DNA of 46,215 nt, from positions 1 to 46,215 of the forward strand of contig JBCCQQ010000050.1 of NCBI GenBank assembly GCA_039024555.1, read 5' to 3'. Under the pieces are notes generated by a model. That model ran no database searches. It saw only the letters and a list, made by a program, of their open reading frames with translations, and had not been told where the DNA came from. The DNA is from Cyanobacteria bacterium P01_D01_bin.156. Lineage in GTDB: Bacteria; Cyanobacteriota; Cyanobacteriia; Phormidesmidales; Phormidesmidaceae. Shown here one piece after another: positions 18,535 through 26,765 of this stretch; the first letter of the stretch is position 1; each line of letters starts with the position of its first letter. A program made the position numbers and the translations under genes.

Positions 18535-20067
18535 CTAAAGCCAGGTCCCAATTAGAACAAACGGAGCCCAATAAAAGGGATGGCTATAGCCACTGTTTAA
18601 GAGAGAAAGCTGTGCCTGTCGTAACGCTTCAGCACGGGACTGGCCCTGGTTTAGCTGCTGATAAAACTCAGCCATTAATATCGCTGTGGACCGGTCGTTA
18701 ACTGACCATAGTGAGGCCACCGTACTTCTTGCACCAGAACGTACCGCCACTCCCGCCATTCCTAGGGTCGCTTTCTCATCGCCTTTAGCCGTTTGGCAGG
18801 CGCTCAAAATTAACATTTCAATCGGTGTTTGTTGTTCTCGCTGCTGTAGCAATTTTTCTAAGTCATGAATGTGTAATCGATTGTTCCAGGTGAGGATAAA
18901 TGTCTCATCGGCCCTAGAGCTAAATTGACCATGGGTGGCTAAATGCATAATCGAACTGGGTTTTTCTAGCACATGCTGAGCCAGTTTGGCCTTGGTAAAG
19001 TCTTGGTTAACTAAGACCTGCGTAGGCGTCTGTGTCTGAATTTGATGCAGCTCCACATCGACGGATGGTAGCGCCCGAAACCCCTGCCGTGCCGCAGAGA
19101 GCCCCCCAGCTAAAACCTGACGGCCTTGAGTCCTAAGCCCTGGGGAATCAAAAAGCTGCAGTCCAGGAGTCACAGCAATACTGTAGCGTTCAATGAGAAA
19201 TTGATGACCATTGTGTAAAACAGCCAATGGTACGTTGCGCAGGTGGCTATCTACAACAAATATTAAACGTTGAATGCCGTGTTGAATAAGGGCTGACTCT
19301 GCCGGACGCAGAAGCCAATCATAAATCTTTTGGGCGGGCCTCAGCACTCGATCGGCTGGGAAAGCGGCGTTAAGGGCCTGTCTTAATGTCTGAAATGTTG
19401 CCTGTCTCTGCTGGGGGGGCAGCGGTACCCTATGGTGATGTAAACGACCATTGGGGAATGACACAATTACCTCTAGACAGCTATCCAATACCATTGAATA
19501 GATAACAGCTGCTTGGGGATCAATCTGCTCAATGGGGCGAACGCTGTAGGTTCCACGAGTTTCACAAAAAAAATGTTCTAATTCAGCTATTTGAAAAGAT
19601 TCAATGATTTTGCAGGCCTGGGTTAATCGCTGTTGCTGCTGACCGATGGGAAGTGTATCTATACCTTGCAACAAGAGCGTCACCAGCTGTCGATAGACCG
19701 GCTCAATCTGGGTTTGAAACGATATTGCGGCATTACGGCCCCTGGGCTTCTGTTGTAACGCTGTTAATAGGGGGACGGTTTGTCTGTAGGTTGCGATCGC
19801 AGTTTTTGTTTTTCCTTGAATTGCGATCGCATGCGTCTTACGCTCCTGGGTATCTGTCTGCTGAGGGTTATGGACCGTTGGTTTAAGGCAAGTATCTGTC
19901 CACTGCTGCAGGATCTGACAAACCTTATCGAGCTGACTTCGAATATAGGACTCTACTGGAATAGTGTTGCGAGCGATACAATATTCTCCATCAGCTTTGG
20001 CCCCACAGCGCTGTCCCCCTAGCCTAGAACATAGGCTCTCGTTACTCGGTGGTAATAGAACATCCAT
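18535..20067 (-). CDS. CHAT domain (caspase-like) protein with short helical N-terminal region
   Basis: IEPVYRQLV.LL, AQKIYDWLLRP, FLIERYSIAVTPGL, HLATHGQF (His), ILSACQTA (Cys), ASLW.V.D, HPFYWAPFVLIG.W. Start uncertain (ATG 20067 or TTG 20100). Confidence 0.9.
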   Translation of the reverse strand: MDVLLPPSNESLCSRLGGQRCGAKADGEYCIARNTIPVESYIRSQLDKVCQILQQWTDTCLKPTVHNPQQTDTQERKTHAIAIQGKTKTAIATYRQTVPLLTALQQKPRGRNAAISFQTQIEPVYRQLVTLLLQGIDTLPIGQQQQRLTQACKIIESFQIAELEHFFCETRGTYSVRPIEQIDPQAAVIYSMVLDSCLEVIVSFPNGRLHHHRVPLPPQQRQATFQTLRQALNAAFPADRVLRPAQKIYDWLLRPAESALIQHGIQRLIFVVDSHLRNVPLAVLHNGHQFLIERYSIAVTPGLQLFDSPGLRTQGRQVLAGGLSAARQGFRALPSVDVELHQIQTQTPTQVLVNQDFTKAKLAQHVLEKPSSIMHLATHGQFSSRADETFILTWNNRLHIHDLEKLLQQREQQTPIEMLILSACQTAKGDEKATLGMAGVAVRSGARSTVASLWSVNDRSTAILMAEFYQQLNQGQSRAEALRQAQLSLLNSGYSHPFYWAPFVLIGTWL

Positions 20068-20146
20068 TGGCAAAATAATGATTTCCCCCTTGCAAAGCAA
20101 TGATGGCCGCCATCCTAGTCTTTCTTAAGAAAAACCAATAGGGTCT

Positions 20147-20164
20147 AATGACAATCTTGTCATT
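20147..20164. promoter_or_regulatory. Palindromic operator-like site between the divergent CHAT and amylase genes
   Basis: AATGACAA-TC-TTGTCATT with perfect 8-bp arms. Confidence 0.4.
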
Positions 20165-20515
20165 GTCCCCTGCTGTATCCCTTTGAACTGCTGGATAGTT
20201 TTATCACTAATATTCTTACTTTTCTCTCTTTAGTCACCTAAAAGTCTTAATTAATGGTCAGCAAGGAACTCACTCTCCAATGTACTAAAGGCAAGAAAAG
20301 CAACATTTAGTAGTAATCCCATCTTAATGGCGGTGCTTGATCTACCATTGACTTGATAACCAGGAGACGTATCCTACGACAACGGTGTGCTTTAAGTAAC
20401 CGTCTAGCTAACGCTTGAGTATTAAATGTCTTAGCGAGTGTCCCAAGCCCCACGGTCCAGTATTCTGGGCTTATTCTCTCACCTTGAAACCAGGTCATTT
20501 ACCCCCTTACAAGCT

Positions 20516-22024
20516 ATGTCAGCAATGAATGGCACCATGATGCAGTACTTTCACTGGTACAGCAGCGCCGACGATAATCTATGGAGCAAAGTTAAAACCG
20601 AGGCAAACAACTTAGCCAACGCTGGTATTACCGCCCTTTGGCTGCCCCCTGCCTATAAAGCGTGTAACCCCAACACGCCTGATCGAGAGTGGGACGATGT
20701 GGGCTATGGCACCTATGACTGGTTCGATTTGGGGGAGTTTAACCAAAAAGGGGCTGCTCGTACCAAGTACGGCACTAAAGAAGAGTACCTAGCGGCCATT
20801 CAAGCAGCCCATGCGGTGGGGATCGAGATCTATGCCGATGTGGTGTTTAACCATAAAAATGGTGGCGATCGCACTGAGCAATCTCCAGCTGTCGCATACC
20901 ACGCTAACCGTCGCCATCAGCGTGTGATGGACGATGGCGGCAGCGAGATGATTGAGACCTTCACCTGTTTTGATTTCCCAGGGCGGGGGGACACCTATTC
21001 CAAAATGAAGTGGAACTGGCAACACTTTGATGCCGTTAACTACAATCACGCCCGTCCCGGAGAGCAACCCTCTAAGATCTATCTATTTGAAGGTAAAAAC
21101 TTTGAAAAGATGGTCAGCCTGGAACATGGTAACTATGACTTTCTCCTTGGCTGCGACCTGGATATGGAAAACGAAGAGGTCCGCAACGAGCTAATGTACT
21201 GGGGAGAATGGATTCTCGACACCACCCAGGTCAATGGATTTCGCCTAGACGCCATTAAACACATTCCCAGCTGGTTCTTTAACCAATGGTTAGATCACGT
21301 GCGTCAGTACACGGGAAAAAATCTATTTTGCGTTGGCGAATATTGGGAAAACAATACGGGGGTTCTACATGACTACATCGCCCAAACCGGTGGGCGAATG
21401 TCTCTGTTTGATGTAGAACTTCACTATAACTTTCACTACGCCAGCAAAATGGGTGGGGCTTTTGACATGCGCCAAATCCTCACTGGGACCCTAATGGCAG
21501 AACAGCCTGCCCTAGCATGTACGATTGTTGAGAATCATGACTCTCAGCCGCTGCAGGCTTTAGAATCTCCGGTAGAAGACTGGTTTAAACCGTTAGCTTA
21601 CGCTATTATTCTTTTACGGCGAGAAGGTTACCCATGTGTTTTCTATGGTGACTATTATGGAGCCGACTATGAAGACTATGGCCGTGACGGCAATTGTCAT
21701 CGGGTCATCCTAGCATCCCATAAAGAGATTATCGACAAACTATTGGCTGCCCGTAGGGATTACGCCTATGGTGACCAATACGATTATTTTGATCATCAAG
21801 ATGTTATTGGTTGGACTCGCTTAGGTGACTCAGACCACCCTAATGCTATGGCTGTTATTTTGAGTGATGGTCCTGGGGGGTGTAAGTGGATGGAAGTTGG
21901 TAAACCAAACGCTAAGTTTGTTGATCTAACTGGACATAGCCAAAGCCCTGTTTACACCAATGAATGGGGCTGGGGCGAGTTTCACTGTCACGGTGGGTCT
22001 GTTTCCGTTTGGATTCAAGCATAG
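20516..22024 (+). CDS. amyA: Cytoplasmic alpha-amylase, GH13 (AmyA-like)
   Basis: NGTMMQYFHWY, DVGYG.YD.FDLGEF.QKG, DVVFNH, GFRLDAIKH (nucleophile), GEYW, VENHD. No signal peptide. Confidence 0.95.
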   Translation: MSAMNGTMMQYFHWYSSADDNLWSKVKTEANNLANAGITALWLPPAYKACNPNTPDREWDDVGYGTYDWFDLGEFNQKGAARTKYGTKEEYLAAIQAAHAVGIEIYADVVFNHKNGGDRTEQSPAVAYHANRRHQRVMDDGGSEMIETFTCFDFPGRGDTYSKMKWNWQHFDAVNYNHARPGEQPSKIYLFEGKNFEKMVSLEHGNYDFLLGCDLDMENEEVRNELMYWGEWILDTTQVNGFRLDAIKHIPSWFFNQWLDHVRQYTGKNLFCVGEYWENNTGVLHDYIAQTGGRMSLFDVELHYNFHYASKMGGAFDMRQILTGTLMAEQPALACTIVENHDSQPLQALESPVEDWFKPLAYAIILLRREGYPCVFYGDYYGADYEDYGRDGNCHRVILASHKEIIDKLLAARRDYAYGDQYDYFDHQDVIGWTRLGDSDHPNAMAVILSDGPGGCKWMEVGKPNAKFVDLTGHSQSPVYTNEWGWGEFHCHGGSVSVWIQA

Positions 22025-22165
22025 ACCATTGCAATTTACGTCATGAAACAATCTGTAGAATCTGCTATGCAGCGGTCTCTTACAGGTGAGATTGTGCTGG
22101 GAATCAATACTGTCAGCATAGTGTCTTCGAGAACAGTCTTTTTTAGAAATTAGGAGCAAGCAATC

Positions 22166-22579
22166 ATGGCCACAACCGACATTAAAGATCTAGTTGTTGA
22201 TAGTAAAACCAACGCTTATAAGCTCACACCGGCTCAGATGACCGACATCCAGAAAACAGGTGTCGAAACATCCCTAGAAGCTGGTATTCACGTAGTGCGC
22301 ATCCGTAAAGGTGGGTTTGATTATGTGGGCGGAGACGCTCAGACAGGTGAACCCATCGTTATGCTTTGGATATACGGTGGTAAGTTTAAGAATCTCAAGA
22401 CTGGTGTTGAGGTTCCTGCTGGGTGGTCCACCCTCAATGGGTATGACGATACCTTAACGCTAGCAGTCTCAGAGTCTGTAACACTATGCGCCTTTTTCTT
22501 CGATGTAGAGATCGAGGACAATGCAGGCAAAATAACTGTTTCAGCTGTTAAGGTGGGTGAATTGACCGATCTTGCCTAG
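22166..22579 (+). CDS. Conserved hypothetical beta-rich protein (137 aa)
   Basis: AGGAG RBS, alternating beta-strand pattern, EP.V.LWIYGG, WSTLNGYDDTL and CAFFFD...DN.G; ends at a strong terminator. Confidence 0.85.
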   Translation: MATTDIKDLVVDSKTNAYKLTPAQMTDIQKTGVETSLEAGIHVVRIRKGGFDYVGGDAQTGEPIVMLWIYGGKFKNLKTGVEVPAGWSTLNGYDDTLTLAVSESVTLCAFFFDVEIEDNAGKITVSAVKVGELTDLA

Positions 22580-22601
22580 AGATAACTGTCCATAGTCTTT
22601 T

Positions 22602-22638
22602 AAAAAAGGCAAGTGTGTCATAACACGCTTGCCTTTTT
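22602..22638 (+). terminator. Intrinsic, probably bidirectional, terminator
   Basis: AAAAAAGGCAAGTGTGT-CATA-ACACGCTTGCCTTTTT. Confidence 0.85.
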
Positions 22639-23062
22639 CTGAAAATTGCTGCCGTTGTCAAGCTGCAAAATATTGCTGTGCCCTAGGGGAATAGATCCTA
22701 CAGGGTGTTTTCTGTAGCCAAACACCCATATTCAGGCAAGAAAGGTAAGATTGTTGCCTATCAAATACCGACATAAAGGTAAGTTTGTAGTACCTTACTT
22801 TATGTCTACTCTCTTGCAGACCGACAATAGGTCAAAACGGTTATGGTGGGGATGTAAACAAAGGATAAGAATAGGTGCCTCACCACATTGTCTCGACTGT
22901 GAGTTGCTATTCTCAATCTAGTTGTGATTTACAACAGTGTTTCAACAAGAGAATAGAGTTCCTCATATTTGAGCTAGGCATCAAGGAGATTATATTTTCA
23001 TCTCTGTTTTGAGAGATAGGTCTGATTCTGTCCTAATCTAATTTTCGTTGGAGATTTATCAA

Positions 23063-23278
23063 ATGGCTGGTCAAATTACTCTCAGCAACTTGGACGCCCT
23101 AACCTTTGATCAATTTGGACGTGATCCCAATCGGGACATTGTCTGTGTGGCTCCGGTGCGCACCATGATTCGTCGTGAAGAAGAAATTATTTTAATCCGT
23201 CGTGTTCGCAAGGTAGAAGAAGTGGATGCAAGCCCCACTTGCCCCACCGGCTCTACCCAGGCGACTGAAGTGCAGTAG
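23063..23278 (+). CDS. Small protein 1 carrying the two-Cys VCVAP...ASPxCP module (71 aa)
   Basis: GGAG RBS before the ATG at 23063; clear paralog of the next gene. Confidence 0.85.
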   Translation: MAGQITLSNLDALTFDQFGRDPNRDIVCVAPVRTMIRREEEIILIRRVRKVEEVDASPTCPTGSTQATEVQ

Positions 23279-23293
23279 GCTAAATAGAGCAGT

Positions 23294-23333
23294 CTGGCTG
23301 CTGGGATGTCGGACTCACCGTCCCACCAGCCAG
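23294..23333 (+). promoter_or_regulatory. GC-rich intergenic stem-loop after small protein 1
   Basis: CTGGCTGCTGGGA...TCCCACCAGCCAG, 13-bp stem with 1 mismatch and no immediate U tract. Confidence 0.6.
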
Positions 23334-23480
23334 GCGAAGTCGTTTCTTAACAGCTCCTAAGCATAGGGATGCGGCTATCTGGCTAAAGGTTTAATGGTTC
23401 TGTTACGTCTCAAATTTGCAACGTTGACTGCAACATCCCAATGTTGTTGGTACTGAACGACCTATCATGAGGTTTCTATA

Positions 23481-23750
23481 ATGATCGATTCAAATAGCAA
23501 TGACATTGTGACCGTTAGTGACCTGGATACCCTCAGCTTTGATCAATTTGGACGTGATCCCAGTCGGGATATTGTCTGTGTGGCTCCGGTGCGCACCATG
23601 GTTCGTCGTGAAGAAGAAATTGTTTTAATCCGTCGTGTTCGCAAAGTGGAAGAAGTGGATGCCAGCCCGGCTTGTCCTGTAAATTCCACTCAAATGACTA
23701 AGGTATATCAGGAAGGCGGCGATACCGCCGAAGCCCGAATTTTACGCTAG
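23481..23750 (+). CDS. Small protein 2 carrying the two-Cys module (89 aa)
   Basis: GAGG RBS; LD.LsFDQFGRDP.RDIVCVAPVRTM.RREEEI.LIRRVRKVEEVDASP.CP shared with small protein 1. Confidence 0.85.
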   Translation: MIDSNSNDIVTVSDLDTLSFDQFGRDPSRDIVCVAPVRTMVRREEEIVLIRRVRKVEEVDASPACPVNSTQMTKVYQEGGDTAEARILR

Positions 23751-23829
23751 CACTCATTAGCTAGTCTTGAGATTTTTTAGATCGGAAATTTGTTGGCCTC
23801 CAGCATTGGAGGGATTTAGCTATGTGAGT

Positions 23830-25110
23830 ATGCTTATCCCTGATTGGAACAGTGCTCTTGCCTTGTTGTTGATCGTATTCCTCTTTGCGTTAGTTATTCT
23901 GCGTTTGCTTAAGAAGACTATGACTGAAAAAATACCCGAGAAGATAGTCCTAATATCGGTTATTCGTGACTTTCGAGCAATTCACCCAGATTTCGAGAAT
24001 GATGCCCAGACCCTTTGGAATCGCCATACGGATTTAAGGCTTCCAGAAAAGGGTATCGTTGCAGAGGTATTGGGAGCTGACAAAAAACCGATTTATCGTA
24101 ACCCTCAGGCAGGCACTCATACTACAACGGGGAAAGCATCGTTTGATCAGTGGTATCGCGACGATCCTACCGTTAATCGCACGGTTAGGCTTCCCTTAGA
24201 ATTGGAATTAGACCATACGGCAGAAGGCAGTGCCCAGTATAAGCTAGAGAGCGAAGATTTCTTTCCCCTGGATGGTCAATCAGGCACTTTAGGCAGCCTC
24301 CACGAGGCCGTGTATCGGAACGGAGAGTTAGGTCTTGTTGTGGATAAGAATATCCGAGATAAGACCAAGCGTTTAGGCTATATCGAGAAAGAAGCAGGCG
24401 ATTATCTTACAGAAGCGGATATCAAAGGCCGTTTTGATAGCGACGAAGCCAAAACACATAACTATCACTTTACCCAAGAAATTTCGACAAGATTTGTCTA
24501 CAAGGGTAATGAGTTTTTTGAATTCCAGGGAGATGACGATCTTTGGGTCTTTATCGACAATAAGTTGGTCATTGACTTAGGAGGATTACATGCTCCCGCT
24601 AAAGCCAGAATTGATTTGAGTTTAACGAATACTCAGAACCAAGCCGCAGATCAGACCAAAATGGTGAAACTAAAGCTCAAAGAAGATTTGGGTATTGATT
24701 CTGCCAGTGATAGCAGCGCATTGGTTTTAGAGGTGGGTAAGGCATACGATCTACGCATATTTCATGCGGAACGGCACACCTTTGATTCTAATTTTAAAAT
24801 TTATACGTCGATTCAATTGGAGTCCGCTGTTGATGAAGAAACACCAGAGCCGCTAATTGAACCTGAGCCGCCTGCTGCTGACGCTGTGCCTGATATGCCC
24901 GACCTACCGGTTCTACCAGCGGACATCTGGAATGTAGGTGAGCGGGTCGTGTGTGTAGCACCGATACGTACTATTATCCGACGAGAAGAGGAGATTACCA
25001 TTATTCGTCGGGTGCGTAAGGTGGAAGAAATCGATGCAAGTCCCACCTGTCCTATAGGTTCACCCCCCATCAATGCAGCACAAATGACGGATATTCAGCA
25101 AGATAGCTAG
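23830..25110 (+). CDS. Membrane-anchored fibro-slime/PA14 domain protein with Pro/Glu linker and C-terminal two-Cys module
   Basis: N-terminal TM; IRDF...HPDFE, SFDQWYRD, FFPLD, HNYHFT.E, F.F.GDDDLWVFID.KLVIDLGGLH, IFHAERH..SNF.I.T. Start is ATG 23830 or GTG 23824. Confidence 0.88.
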   Translation: MLIPDWNSALALLLIVFLFALVILRLLKKTMTEKIPEKIVLISVIRDFRAIHPDFENDAQTLWNRHTDLRLPEKGIVAEVLGADKKPIYRNPQAGTHTTTGKASFDQWYRDDPTVNRTVRLPLELELDHTAEGSAQYKLESEDFFPLDGQSGTLGSLHEAVYRNGELGLVVDKNIRDKTKRLGYIEKEAGDYLTEADIKGRFDSDEAKTHNYHFTQEISTRFVYKGNEFFEFQGDDDLWVFIDNKLVIDLGGLHAPAKARIDLSLTNTQNQAADQTKMVKLKLKEDLGIDSASDSSALVLEVGKAYDLRIFHAERHTFDSNFKIYTSIQLESAVDEETPEPLIEPEPPAADAVPDMPDLPVLPADIWNVGERVVCVAPIRTIIRREEEITIIRRVRKVEEIDASPTCPIGSPPINAAQMTDIQQDS

Positions 25111-25127
25111 TTTTAGGTGAATGTTCT

Positions 25128-26090
25128 ATGGACTATGGATTTGCCCTAAGTATGGCTGTAGTCCTTGGGCTGTTGTTGTTGATAATTATAGTTGGCACTT
25201 GGCTAAACCATGAATCTTTGGCCGATGAAGAACCTGTAATCGAGTCAACAGATACAGCTCCAGAGGTACCAGTAGAAGAGTCTCAAAATGTAGAGGCAGG
25301 TTCTACAAAGGGAGAGGAAATCTCTGTAGAGAAGAATGATACCTATGAGTTGGCAAACGTTCGCTTTAGTCAGCAGGACTATCAATCGGCCTTAAATCTG
25401 TATGCTCAGTCTCTACAGGCAAACCCACAGTTTGCGCCTGCCTACAATAATCGAGGCAATACATACTATGCGCTTGGGCAGTATTCGCAAGCCATTGCCG
25501 AGTATAGTCAAGCGATTAAACTAAAGCCTGACTATACTCGTGCTTACTACAATTGGGGCAATGCATGTTATGCGAGTGGAGATGTGCAGGGTGCGATCGC
25601 AGCTTTTACCGAAGCCATTAGCCTCGACCCTAACTACATCGAGGCATACAACAATCGCGGCAATTGTTATGTGGCTGTTAAAGCGTATCAAGAGGCCATA
25701 GATGACTTTGACCAAGCATTGGAACTCGATCCAAACTTTATAGAAGCCTACAACAATATTGGTCATCTCTTCTACCAGATGAACCAGCATGATAATGCCC
25801 TAGAAAATTACGAACAGTCTCTTAAAATTGAGCCGCTTCAGCCGGTGGCCCTTAACAACTATGGCAGCGTGCACCTAGCCCTCAACCAACTTCCTCAAGC
25901 TGTGGAAAGTTACGATCAGGCCATTGCGCTAAATCCTGACTATGCTGAGGCTTACTACAATCGAGGGATTGCCCATAATACGATGGCTCAACCCCAGATA
26001 GCCCAGGCTGACTTTCGAAAAGCCATGGAATTGGCAAAGCAGCAGGGGAATCAGAAACTTTTATATCAGCTGCAATCTCCTGTTGGCTAA
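25128..26090 (+). CDS. N-terminally membrane-anchored TPR protein
   Basis: TM helix, acidic linker, ~7 TPRs (AYNNRGN.Y..LG.Y..AI..Y.QAI.L.P.Y). Confidence 0.92.
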   Translation: MDYGFALSMAVVLGLLLLIIIVGTWLNHESLADEEPVIESTDTAPEVPVEESQNVEAGSTKGEEISVEKNDTYELANVRFSQQDYQSALNLYAQSLQANPQFAPAYNNRGNTYYALGQYSQAIAEYSQAIKLKPDYTRAYYNWGNACYASGDVQGAIAAFTEAISLDPNYIEAYNNRGNCYVAVKAYQEAIDDFDQALELDPNFIEAYNNIGHLFYQMNQHDNALENYEQSLKIEPLQPVALNNYGSVHLALNQLPQAVESYDQAIALNPDYAEAYYNRGIAHNTMAQPQIAQADFRKAMELAKQQGNQKLLYQLQSPVG

Positions 26091-26123
26091 GTTAGAACCG
26101 TAAGAGATTCAGGTCCCCCAATA

Positions 26124-26333
26124 TTAGACAACGGTTTCCACAATGCGAACGGGCGTGACGTCAATAATCATATGGAAATGATCAATCTTACAGATCTCAG
26201 CTAATCTTCCGGACGGATACAGCTTAATGGTTTCACCAATAGTTGGAGGGCTGGGAAAAAACATGGGTAACGGTTGGGATCTGCTATCTTGCTGTTCAGA
26301 TCTGATGCCATAGTAGTAAAAGACAATAACCAT
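26124..26333 (-). CDS. Small hypothetical protein
   Basis: 69-aa ORF filling the gap between the TPR and thioredoxin genes; P.IGETI.L...EI..I.H suggests a small beta-barrel. Confidence 0.5.
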   Translation of the reverse strand: MVIVFYYYGIRSEQQDSRSQPLPMFFPSPPTIGETIKLYPSGRLAEICKIDHFHMIIDVTPVRIVETVV

Positions 26334-26404
26334 TTCAACAGAACGATTGGGCCGTCAAGATTATGCATGGTTTTTGTATCCTTGCAATATGTTGGTAACG
26401 AATA

Positions 26405-26731
26405 GTGACAAAGCAAAAACAGTTTTCTAGTTTTCAAGATTTGATTAGCGATCGCAACACCCCTACGTTAGTGAGCTTCTATGCGAGCTGGTGTGGCTAT
26501 TGCAAACAGTTTTCTCCCATTTTGAATCAAGTAAAAACCCAAATGGGCGATCGCGTTAAGGTCATCAAAATTAGTACTGAAAAATACCCTCAGTTGGCAA
26601 AGGAGCATGATGTAAAATCTCTGCCAACGACGTTACTGTTTGTGGACGGTAAACTCGCCAGCCGGATTAAAGGCGTAATGGAAGCACCTAAACTAATGCA
26701 GTATATTCAAAAAGTTGTCTCCCAAGGCTAG
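26405..26731 (+). CDS. Thioredoxin with atypical WCGYC active site (y/Q-type-like N-terminus)
   Basis: KQFSSFQDLI, FYASWCGYC, EKYPQLA, SLPT.LLF.DGK. Confidence 0.9.
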   Translation: MTKQKQFSSFQDLISDRNTPTLVSFYASWCGYCKQFSPILNQVKTQMGDRVKVIKISTEKYPQLAKEHDVKSLPTTLLFVDGKLASRIKGVMEAPKLMQYIQKVVSQG

Positions 26732-26765
26732 GAGAACGCTGCACTAGGTGACTGACAATTAAGAC

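Noticed and set aside
23104..23678. Near-identical DNA repeats as a possible CRISPR or DGR template/variable repeat pair
   Set aside because: They are paralogous coding sequences. There is no spacer array, the differences are not adenine-specific and no reverse transcriptase is present.
23063..23750. Mini-proteins as RiPP precursors or GvpA-like gas vesicle proteins
   Set aside because: No modifying enzymes, double-glycine leader or transporter nearby, the conserved part is the core rather than a leader, and GvpA motifs are absent.
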